Shown here piece by piece: positions 29,234 through 37,154 of a stretch of 64,000 nt of DNA. Within the stretch, counting starts at the first letter, position 1. Each line of letters starts with the position of its first letter. The stretch comes from Verrucomicrobiota bacterium (lineage in GTDB: Bacteria; Verrucomicrobiota; Verrucomicrobiia; Limisphaerales; UBA8199): NCBI GenBank assembly GCA_012517205.1, contig JAAYVL010000121.1:66-64065 (forward strand). Direction: 5' to 3'. The position numbers were made by a program, and so were the translations under genes. Under the pieces are notes generated by a model that was not told the origin of the DNA, did not search any database, and was given only the letters and a program-made list of their open reading frames with translations.

Positions 29234-30628
29234 TCAGGCCAGCCAGGGCTCCCGCCGCGCGCGCGCCAGCAGGCGATTTGCCTCCGCGTCGTCCGGGAAG
29301 ACTTCGCGCGCCGGATCCCACCGCAGGCTGCGGCCGAGCTGGTATGCCAGGGCCACCAAATGCCCCAGCGACGCCGAGCGATGGCCGATTTCCTCATGGG
29401 CGCTCGTCCGCCCGGCCGAGCGCAGGCAATCAAACCAGTTCGCATGATGATTATTCGCGCCAATATTCACCTTGCGGGTCGTCAGGCCCGCCTCGCGCAG
29501 GATTCCCTCCGGGCCGCCCTCAATCGGCCCGGCGCCGGACATGGAGGTGATCCAGCCGCGCTCGCCGACAAACAAACCGCCGAACAACCCCTCCAGCCGC
29601 GCCTCGGCGGGCACGGCCCGGTAGAGTTCCTTCACCTGCCCCCAATGGTCCACATGATGCAGCAGCACGCCGTTGGCGTAGCGGCAGGTGAGCGTGGGAA
29701 ACGCCCCGCTGGCCGGATGAAGGATTTCCACCGGGCCGCCGGTCTCCACGCCCAGGGCGTATTGCATCACATCCGCCGCGTGCGAATGGTAATTCGTGAT
29801 GGGCCCCGCGCCGAAAGCGCGGCAGAACGTCCACGGCACCACGCCGGGAACCGGGTTGCGGTGGTAGGCGGCGTTGTAGTCGTGCCAGGCCGCCGGCCCG
29901 ACCCACAAATCCCAATCCAGCCCCGCGGGCACAGGCTCGGCCGGCAGCGCCGGGTCGAGCGGAATATAGGATCCGCCCAGGGTGGGAATCTCGATTTTCA
30001 TCCACAGGGTGAAGGCCGCCTTCACTTTGCCCAGCCCGCCCCCACGTACGAACTGGCACACCTGGCGGATGCTGGGAATCGAACGGTATTGCGTGCCGGT
30101 CTGGAAAACGCGCGCGTAGCGGCGGACCGTCTCGACCATTTCGCGCCCCTCGCGAATCGTGAGCGAAACCGGCTTTTCGCAATACACATGCTTGCCCGCC
30201 TGCGCGGCGTGAATGGCCTGCAAGGCGTGCCAGTGATCCGGCGTCGCGATGACCACCCCATCAATATCCGACCGCGCCAGCAATTCCCGGTAATCGTGGA
30301 TGGCCGCGCAGCCGTGAAACGAGCCCGCCTCGCGCCGCGCCGCGCTGATTTCGTCCACCCGCTGCGCCCCCTCCTCCCGCCGGACGCGGTCCACGTCGCA
30401 CACGGCCACCAGTTGCGTCTGCGAATGCCCGGCCAGGATGCGCAGATGCCCGCGGCCCATCGCGCCCAGGCCGATCAGCCCGACCTGGATGCGCTCGCTG
30501 GGCGCCACCGCGCCGTTCCGGCCGCGGACGGACGCCGGGATAATCACGGGCGCCGCCAGCAGGGAAGCGGCGCCGGCGCGCAGCAGAAAGGCGCGGCGCG
30601 TCAAACCCGGTGAGTTGGTTTTTGGCAT
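29234..30628 (-). CDS. TAT-exported Gfo/Idh/MocA family oxidoreductase
   Basis: LTRRAFLLRAGAASLLAAP leader, Rossmann fold IQVGLIGLGAMGRGHL and the VYCEKP motif. Start is ATG 30628. Confidence 0.85.
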   Translation of the reverse strand: MPKTNSPGLTRRAFLLRAGAASLLAAPVIIPASVRGRNGAVAPSERIQVGLIGLGAMGRGHLRILAGHSQTQLVAVCDVDRVRREEGAQRVDEISAARREAGSFHGCAAIHDYRELLARSDIDGVVIATPDHWHALQAIHAAQAGKHVYCEKPVSLTIREGREMVETVRRYARVFQTGTQYRSIPSIRQVCQFVRGGGLGKVKAAFTLWMKIEIPTLGGSYIPLDPALPAEPVPAGLDWDLWVGPAAWHDYNAAYHRNPVPGVVPWTFCRAFGAGPITNYHSHAADVMQYALGVETGGPVEILHPASGAFPTLTCRYANGVLLHHVDHWGQVKELYRAVPAEARLEGLFGGLFVGERGWITSMSGAGPIEGGPEGILREAGLTTRKVNIGANNHHANWFDCLRSAGRTSAHEEIGHRSASLGHLVALAYQLGRSLRWDPAREVFPDDAEANRLLARARREPWLA

Positions 30629-30635
30629 AAGGCGG

Positions 30636-32420
30636 CTACTTTCTCCGGGCGAGGTCAAGGCTGACCCGGTTGAAAAACTCGATGCACCGGGCGATGTCCG
30701 GCATGGAAGCGAGCCAGTTGTGGGAATACTCCAGCCCGAACATCGTCGGCTGGAGGCCCAGCCGGTGAATTTCCTCGAGCAGGGCCGCCGTATTTCCCAC
30801 GCCGGCGCCCCACGGCACGTCGTGGCCATCCGCGCCGCGGGCGTGGAGATCGTGCATCTGGAGCGTGAGCAGGCGATCCTTCAGTTGGCGCACGCCCGCG
30901 AGGGGGTCAATGCCGGCCCGCATCCAGTAGCCCAGGTCGGCGCAGGCGCCGAGGCGCTGGCTCCGGCCCGCGCACGCTTTCAGGATGCCCGCCGGATTCC
31001 AATAAGCGGGAGAAGCCTGGGGATCATGATTATGCAAGGCCACCTTGAGATCATAGGCGTCGCAGAACTTCTCAATCATATCGAGCGACTCGGGTTTGGG
31101 CTCCGACATGAAGGTCTCGATGCCTATCTGGCGTCCGAACTCGAACACCTTCCGGCAGCCGGCTTCATCGCCGGGAATCTCCTGCAGGTAGTAGGTGAGC
31201 AGCCGGACGCCCGCGGCGTCCAGTTTGAACCGGATCTGCCGCAATTCCTCATCGGAAAGCCCCGGCTCGAAGTTCCGGGCAATGCCGCCGCCCACCTTCT
31301 GAAAACTCAGCCCGCCCATGAAGGGCAGCCCCAGCGCCGCGGTTTTCTCAATGGCCTCGAAGAGCGTGAACTTATGAAACGTGTAGGCCTCGATCCCGAG
31401 CCGCCAGCCGAGCTTCTCCTGCGCGTGGAGGGCCGGCGTCAGCCATGCGCTGGGAACGGTCGGCGCGGGAAGATCGCCCAGAATAAACTGCGCCGCGGCC
31501 AGGTAGAACGACAGCAGCTTCGGATCGCGGAACACGGCGGGATGGTGCGCAATGGTGCAGTAAAACGTCCGGCCGCGGCCATAATGGCGCACCCATGCCA
31601 GCGCGTAATCATGGTCGGCGCGCTCCGGCGGCCGGCCGGCCAGGTCGGTCTTGTCCGTGTCAATGCGCAGCAGGACGCGCACGCGCCGGCGCGAATACGG
31701 GTCCTGCACCCGGAAAAACTCGTCCCGGTAGGCGAAGTCCCGGCCGCCCAGCGCCTGGTTAAGCGGGTGCTCCGGCTCTTCGAGCTTGATGAAAACCTGC
31801 TCGTCACTCGCCCGGTGATTCGCCCCCCGCGCGCCGATCATCAAGCCAAACTCCGGCCAATCCTCGACCGCGCCCGGCCACTGGGTAAAAGCGACCGTGC
31901 TCCCATGCACCCCCATCAGGCCCCCGCCGCCATAGACAAACTCGACCAGGCTTTGCCGCAGCGCGGCATCCGTGAACAGGTTGCCCACGCAGTTGTTGAA
32001 AAAGACGCCGTCAAACTGCCGCAGGCGCTCGGGCCGGAACACTTCCGGATCCCGGCTCACCACCGTCTCGAAGGCCCCGGTCCGGCGTCCCATCAACTCG
32101 AACGCCAGGTTCGCCGCGGGAATGGAGCCATGCCCGCCGTAGTTCACGTTCCGGTCAAAGATGAGCAGTTTGCGGGGCCGGGCGGGCCGCGCCGGGGCGC
32201 GCGCGGGAAGGGCGGCTTCGATCAACTCGCGCTCCGCGCCAGCCCCCGGCCCCGACGCCGCCCGCAGCACGGCGGGGCCGCAGCCGAGCGCGAGGGCCTG
32301 GGCGGCGGCCCGAGCCAGGAAAGCGCGGCGCGTCAACGGCTTCACCCGCGCGTCCGGGAGAACCGCCAGGGAGCAATCGTCAGGGCACGTATGCGGCATG
32401 CGAATCAGGATTGTGCGCAT
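30636..32420 (-). CDS. TAT-exported fusion protein: ThuA-like domain + xylose-isomerase-like TIM barrel (sugar phosphate isomerase/epimerase)
   Basis: LTRRAFLARAAAQALALG leader. The N-terminal half is ThuA-like (KLLIFDRNVNYGGHGSI ... GLMGVHGS). The C-terminal half is an AP-endonuclease-2/xylose-isomerase-like barrel (VALHNHD ... GLEYSHN). The start is ATG 32420 (or 32399), and the stop lies 7 nt before the next gene's start. Confidence 0.8.
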   Translation of the reverse strand: MRTILIRMPHTCPDDCSLAVLPDARVKPLTRRAFLARAAAQALALGCGPAVLRAASGPGAGAERELIEAALPARAPARPARPRKLLIFDRNVNYGGHGSIPAANLAFELMGRRTGAFETVVSRDPEVFRPERLRQFDGVFFNNCVGNLFTDAALRQSLVEFVYGGGGLMGVHGSTVAFTQWPGAVEDWPEFGLMIGARGANHRASDEQVFIKLEEPEHPLNQALGGRDFAYRDEFFRVQDPYSRRRVRVLLRIDTDKTDLAGRPPERADHDYALAWVRHYGRGRTFYCTIAHHPAVFRDPKLLSFYLAAAQFILGDLPAPTVPSAWLTPALHAQEKLGWRLGIEAYTFHKFTLFEAIEKTAALGLPFMGGLSFQKVGGGIARNFEPGLSDEELRQIRFKLDAAGVRLLTYYLQEIPGDEAGCRKVFEFGRQIGIETFMSEPKPESLDMIEKFCDAYDLKVALHNHDPQASPAYWNPAGILKACAGRSQRLGACADLGYWMRAGIDPLAGVRQLKDRLLTLQMHDLHARGADGHDVPWGAGVGNTAALLEEIHRLGLQPTMFGLEYSHNWLASMPDIARCIEFFNRVSLDLARRK

Positions 32421-32803
32421 GACCCCGCCCAGGTCAAGCCCGGGGCTGGAAATTATTCGCCACGCCCGCGCCGGACGCCAGGGCGCGCGCCCGGCCGGTC
32501 CCCGGAACGGCGGCAGCCGAAAGTTGGCCGTCCGCCGGGCCCCTGTCCCACCCGCGGGCACCGAGTGTCCCGGATCAGGACAGGCCAAACCGCGCGAGGC
32601 AGCCCTTTTGCGCGCCACTCACCCGGCCGCCCTCCTCTCCCGGCGATTGGCTCGCAAACTGCGGCGACCGAAGCAAATCAGCCTGTGGTCCGGCCCGATG
32701 ACCGGGCGAAAAAGGCGAACCGCGAAGGGAACTCTCCGGTCTTACCTGGAACGGAGGCCCGCCCTGCAACGGAAGCCCGGACGACAGATTAATTGCGACA
32801 ACT

Positions 32804-33490
32804 ATGGCTCAGGCCAAACGGAAACAGGTCATGGACAGCCGGAAACGGATTCTCCTGGTGGACGACCACGCCGTGGTCCGGTTCGGCATCGCGCAGCTTG
32901 TGAACCAGCAAAGCGACCTGGTGGTTTGCGGCGAAGAGGAGGACGCCGCCAACGCGCTGCGCGCCATCAGCCAGCTCAAGCCCGACCTGGTGATCGCGGA
33001 CATCTCCCTCAAAGACAGCAGCGGCCTGGAGCTGATGCGCAATATCAAAGCGCAACACGCCGGGCTGCCGGTGCTGGTCGTGAGCGCGCACGATGAGTCC
33101 CTCTACGCGGAGGTCGCCTTCCGCGCGGGCGCGCTCGGCTATTTGATGAAAGCCGACGCCCTGGAAAAAGTCCTGGTCGCCATTCGCCGGGTGCTGGACG
33201 GCAATGTGTATGTGAGCGACGCGCTGGCGGCCCGGCTGCTGCAGCAACAAGTCCGCGGCGCCCGGTGCATCCAGGAATCTCCCGTCAAAGGCCTCAGCGA
33301 CCGGGAACTCGAAGTCTTCCAACTCATCGGCCAATGGAAGAAGACCCGGGAAATTGCCCAGGCCCTGCACCTGAGCATCAAAACCATCGAGTATTACCGG
33401 GAGCAAATTAAACAAAAACTGGATCTGAAAGGCACCGCCGAACTCACCCAATACGCCACCGCCTGGGTGCAGCGCGAAAACCCTGCCTGA
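32804..33490 (+). CDS. NarL/FixJ-family response regulator (receiver + LuxR HTH)
   Basis: RILLVDDHAVVRFG, LVIADISLKD and LSDRELEVFQLIGQWKKTREIAQALHLSIKTIEYYREQIKQKL. No histidine kinase is adjacent. Confidence 0.9.
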   Translation: MAQAKRKQVMDSRKRILLVDDHAVVRFGIAQLVNQQSDLVVCGEEEDAANALRAISQLKPDLVIADISLKDSSGLELMRNIKAQHAGLPVLVVSAHDESLYAEVAFRAGALGYLMKADALEKVLVAIRRVLDGNVYVSDALAARLLQQQVRGARCIQESPVKGLSDRELEVFQLIGQWKKTREIAQALHLSIKTIEYYREQIKQKLDLKGTAELTQYATAWVQRENPA

Positions 33491-33888
33491 TCCACGCGCC
33501 GAAACGCCGCCCGGTTTGTCGAACGCTCCCCTCCGCCCCGGGCCAACTCCAGTGCCCCTCGCAAAAAGGCGGCTATACGTTGGATTTGGGCTCGTGGGTG
33601 CTCTTGCATATGGGTGGAGCGCAGGAAGTGGTAGCCCCGGATTACACCCAGCCGTAACGATTTAGTTGGTCAATTCAATCGCCCGCCCCTCTATTATCGG
33701 ATTCTGGGCGGACTCGACCGCCCAAACCGCAGCCCCGACGAGCCCCTTGTTTAGCCAATTCAAGGGCATGGCTGCTGAATCCCAAGCCTTTCGCCGATAA
33801 AATCAAAAGTTTAGGCATAAAGAGGGGCAAAACATGAGCAAAACCTGAATCATGCCAACTTCGGCGCACCTTGGACGCCCCTTGGATT

Positions 33889-34015
33889 TACCCTGCCTTC
33901 AGGCCGTGTACAAGGGGTGTACAAGGGGTGCCCATCAGGAGTCCATAGGATTTTAGCTGGTACACCCGGTGAGCATCCCTTGTACACCCCTTGTACACGG
34001 CCTGAAGGCAGGGTG
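33889..34015. repeat. 42-bp near-perfect inverted repeat (hairpin) built from tandem GTGTACAAGGG units
   Basis: 33890-33927 is the exact reverse complement of 33977-34014 (38 bp). The stem extends through one G-U pair (33928/33976) and three further pairs (33929-31/33973-75). The loop is 33932-33972 (41 nt). Each arm holds two exact tandem 11-mers, GTGTACAAGGG (33906-16, 33917-27; mirrored at 33977-87, 33988-98). Confidence 0.9.
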
Positions 34016-34351
34016 TTTCCAGGGAATCTGGATAACGAATTCGGGGGGCAGGAAAGGGCGAGAAGAGGAAAGCGGATGGGAAGATAATTATTAAGCTCCG
34101 CAAAAACAGCTAGTTATGAAACCAGGGCTGACTAAATGCGGTTTTTCAAGGGCGGATGGGCATCCGGATGGCTTTTGGCTTCGCGAATGCTTTATCTGAA
34201 ACGTTGACGTTGCGCAGCCCAACCGCACGCCCTTCCCGAGTTGGCGGTTCCCGCCGAGGGCCTGGCAGTGGATAGGTAGTGAATGGCGGCGGGCGCGCTT
34301 GACTTCGACCGGCAAAGTTTGGAACATGAATTAGAGTATAGAAGACGAGCC

Positions 34352-34591
34352 ATGATGCCATTGTATGAATATGAACTCTGCGAGGGTGATTGCGTGGTGT
34401 GTGGCGGCAAGTTTACCCTGCGACGCCCGCTGTCCGCGGCGCCCCTGACCCAATGTCCCGCGTGTAAAAAACCGGTTCGCCGGGTTTGGTCCACCTTTAA
34501 CTCCCCCAGGACGGTCTCGATTTCCGACGCCAAGAAAGCCGGGTTCACGGTGCTGAAGCGTGTCGGCAAAGGCGAGTACGAGCGCCAGTAG
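34352..34591 (+). CDS. FmdB-family zinc-ribbon putative regulatory protein
   Basis: MMPLYEYELCEGDCVVCGGKF...CPACKKPVRRV shows the CxxC...CxxC FmdB/CxxC_CxxC_SSSS pattern. Start is ATG 34352 inside ORF 34283..34591. Confidence 0.75.
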   Translation: MMPLYEYELCEGDCVVCGGKFTLRRPLSAAPLTQCPACKKPVRRVWSTFNSPRTVSISDAKKAGFTVLKRVGKGEYERQ

Positions 34592-34713
34592 CCGGCCCGG
34601 CGTGCCGGCCATCGGCGAGGCAATTCCCTGGAAAGCGGATTTACATCCGGAATGCCAAACCCTATAGTTGGCAAATGACGCCAACCGGGGTTCCCCGGTG
34701 CGGCGGCGAGCTT

Positions 34714-35076
34714 ATGCTGGTGCATTTATTAAAGTCGAAAATACATCGCGCGCGGGTGACGGCGGGCGACGTAAATTATGAGGGCAGCCTGGGTATTGCC
34801 CGCGACCTCATGGATAAAGTGGGGTTGTTGCCGTACGAGCGCATTCTCTGCGGCAACATGGCCAATGGCGAACGATTTGAGACCTACGCCATAGCCGCCG
34901 AGCCGGGCTCGGGCCAGATCATCCTCAACGGCGCCACCGCCCGACTCGGCAAACCGGGCGACCTGATCACGATTTTAAGCTTTACCGAGGTGGAATGGGC
35001 CGCCGCCCAGACCTGGAAACCCCGCGTCATTGTGCTCGGGGAAGACAACCGGATCATCCGTGAACGCGGAATTTGA
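34714..35076 (+). CDS. panD: aspartate 1-decarboxylase
   Basis: MLVHLLKSKIHRARVTAGDVNYEGSLGI (Gly-Ser self-cleavage site), then ...ILNGATARLGKPGDLITILSF. Confidence 0.9.
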   Translation: MLVHLLKSKIHRARVTAGDVNYEGSLGIARDLMDKVGLLPYERILCGNMANGERFETYAIAAEPGSGQIILNGATARLGKPGDLITILSFTEVEWAAAQTWKPRVIVLGEDNRIIRERGI

Positions 35077-35126
35077 TGGCGACGACACCCGCCAAGACCC
35101 CCGCCGCCCCGAACTAAGCAACCTTC

Positions 35127-37154
35127 ATGGCGCATAAACTGACCACTTGCACCTTCTGCGGGGTCGGCTGCGGGATTTATCTGGAGGCGGTTGGCAACCA
35201 GATCGTGGGGGCCTATCCCAGCATGTCGCATCCGGCGAACGAGGGCCGGATTTGCGTGCGAGGCTGGCATGTGCACGAGGTGGCCAGTTCCCCCGGCCGG
35301 TTGAAACGCCCGCTGCTCAAGAAGGGCGGCCAGTTCGAGGAAGTGTCGTGGGAGGAGGCGCTCGGTTTCATCATCGGCCGCATGAAGGAGCTGCACGCGC
35401 GGCACGGCGCGGAGGCCTTCGCTTTTCTCAACTCGCCGCGCTGCTCCAACGAGGAATCGTACCTGCTGCAAAAGCTGGCCCGGGCGGTCATCGGAACCAA
35501 CAACGTGGACCACGGCACCGGGGTTTACTGCAACAATTCCATCAATGTCCTGCTCGACATGCTCGGCGTGCCGGCGACGACCAATTCCATCGGCGAACTG
35601 GCCCGCAGCGAGGTCATCATCGTGGACGGCGTGGACCTGGCTCTCCAGTTGCCCAGCATCGGCGGAACCGTCATCCGGGCCAAGCTGGCGGGGGCCACAC
35701 TCGTGGTCATTGACAGCCGGCGCCACCGGGTGGCGGAAAGCGCGGACCTTTTCCTGCAACTCAAGCCCGGCACGGAGCCGATCCTCTACGGCGCCCTGGC
35801 CAAGGTCATTGTGGACCGCGGCCTGATGAACCTGCCGTTCATCAAGGCCCACTGCCGCGACTACGACCGGTTTCTGGCGCGGGTGCGGGATTACGATTTG
35901 CTGGCGGCGGCCGAGGCGTGCGGCGTGGACGCGGGGCTGATTGAGGCGGCGGCCCTGGCTTACGCCCGGGCCCGGTCGGCGGCGATTCTGTATTCGACCG
36001 GCATCGAGGCCCGCGACGCCGAACCGGTGCAGGCCATTGTGAACCTGGCGCTGTTGACGGGGCAAATCGGGCGGGAAGGCGCGGGCATCTTCGCGCTGAC
36101 CGAGCACAACAACCTGCAAGGGGTCTGCGATATGGGCATGCTGCCCGACCGGTTGCCGGGCTATCGCCAGGTTGACAGCGCGGCGGCGCGCGCGGAGGTG
36201 GGCCGGGTCTGGCAAACGAAATTGCCGGCCGCACCCGGCCTGGCCTCGCGCGCCATTTTCAACAACCGCGGCGCCAGCCCGGTGCGCGCGATCTGGCTCT
36301 GCCGCTACGACCCGGTGAGCTCCGCCTTCTTCGGCGACGCGGCGGACGCGCTCGACCGGTGCGAGCTGGTCGTGGCGCAGCATTTGTTTCTCACGGACAC
36401 CGCGCGCCACGCGCATGTGGTCCTGCCCACCACCGCCTTTGGCGAGGAGCAGGTGACCTTTACCAACACCGAACGCCGCATTCAACTGGCGGAGCAGATT
36501 ATAGATCCGCTGCCCGGCACCACCCCCGCCTGGCGGCAGTTGACCCAGGTGGCGCGCGCGCTGGGCGCTGACTGGCGATATGAGTCGGCCGCCGACGTGA
36601 TGGACGAGATCGGCGCGGTCATTCCCTTCTACGGCGGCGCGAACTACCGCAACCTGGCCGCCGAATACGGCCGGCAATGGCCGTGCAGCAAGGACCGGCC
36701 GCTCGGCACGCGCTATCTCTTTGCGGACGGCCTGCCGGCGCAGGGGTTCAAGTTTGCGCCGATTGCCCGCCATGCGCCGGCGGCGGTGGTTTCGGACGAA
36801 TACCCCCTCACGCTGGTCTTTGGTCATTCGCTCTATTACTGGAACCAGAGCGTGCTGATCAAACACAGCGAGACACTGAAGCGCGAGTACCGCATCCTGC
36901 TGCTCGATTACCCGGAAGGCTTCGTCGAAATCAACCCCGCCGATGCCCAGCAAGCCGGCATCCGCGACGGGGAAAAGGTGCGGCTGACGGCCGCCGGCGG
37001 CTCGGCGGTGATCAACGCCCGGGTCACCTCCGAGGTGCGCCAGGGGGCGGTCTATGTGCCGTATTTTGTGCGGCAGGTGCAGCGGCAAATCTGCGGCGCG
37101 GCGCAAAGCGGCGTCCAGCTCATCCCGGCGCGCATCGCGAAGGAGCCCGCATGA
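35127..37154 (+). CDS. molybdopterin (bis-PGD) oxidoreductase, FdhF/NuoG-like, non-canonical active site
   Basis: The N-terminal 4Fe-4S motif is CTFCGVGCG...C. The protein is collinear with E. coli FdhF as recalled (QKLARAVIGTNNVD..., NNLQGVCDMGMLPD..PGY). The Sec/Cys-His and Arg positions are not conserved (see findings). There is no in-frame TGA. Confidence 0.85.
   Translation: MAHKLTTCTFCGVGCGIYLEAVGNQIVGAYPSMSHPANEGRICVRGWHVHEVASSPGRLKRPLLKKGGQFEEVSWEEALGFIIGRMKELHARHGAEAFAFLNSPRCSNEESYLLQKLARAVIGTNNVDHGTGVYCNNSINVLLDMLGVPATTNSIGELARSEVIIVDGVDLALQLPSIGGTVIRAKLAGATLVVIDSRRHRVAESADLFLQLKPGTEPILYGALAKVIVDRGLMNLPFIKAHCRDYDRFLARVRDYDLLAAAEACGVDAGLIEAAALAYARARSAAILYSTGIEARDAEPVQAIVNLALLTGQIGREGAGIFALTEHNNLQGVCDMGMLPDRLPGYRQVDSAAARAEVGRVWQTKLPAAPGLASRAIFNNRGASPVRAIWLCRYDPVSSAFFGDAADALDRCELVVAQHLFLTDTARHAHVVLPTTAFGEEQVTFTNTERRIQLAEQIIDPLPGTTPAWRQLTQVARALGADWRYESAADVMDEIGAVIPFYGGANYRNLAAEYGRQWPCSKDRPLGTRYLFADGLPAQGFKFAPIARHAPAAVVSDEYPLTLVFGHSLYYWNQSVLIKHSETLKREYRILLLDYPEGFVEINPADAQQAGIRDGEKVRLTAAGGSAVINARVTSEVRQGAVYVPYFVRQVQRQICGAAQSGVQLIPARIAKEPA

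Noticed and set aside
30438-32792. 784-aa ORF antisense to the ThuA-TIM fusion gene
   Set aside because: Same reasoning: no motifs and extreme Arg/Pro/Gly content, while the opposite strand has a TAT leader and two recognisable domains.
33699-33719. tmRNA-like 5' string GGAUUCUGGGCGGACUCGAC
   Set aside because: There is no GGGG acceptor start, no tag-peptide reading frame with a resume codon context, and no tRNA-like 3' end (GGUUCGAAUCC...CCA) downstream.
34065-34072. RNase P RNA-like GAGGAAAG box
   Set aside because: It is followed by CGGAUGGG rather than UCCGGGC, and no other conserved RNase P elements are nearby.
34884-37106. 740-aa ORF antisense to the molybdopterin oxidoreductase gene
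   Set aside because: Its composition is Arg/Gly/Ala/Pro-dominated with no motifs. It exactly shadows a gene with strong family similarity on the other strand. This is the typical stop-poor antisense frame of high-GC DNA.
35127-37154. Selenocysteine (TGA) recoding in the FdhF-like gene
   Set aside because: The ORF is continuous with no in-frame TGA, and the aligned position is a TAC (Tyr) codon.
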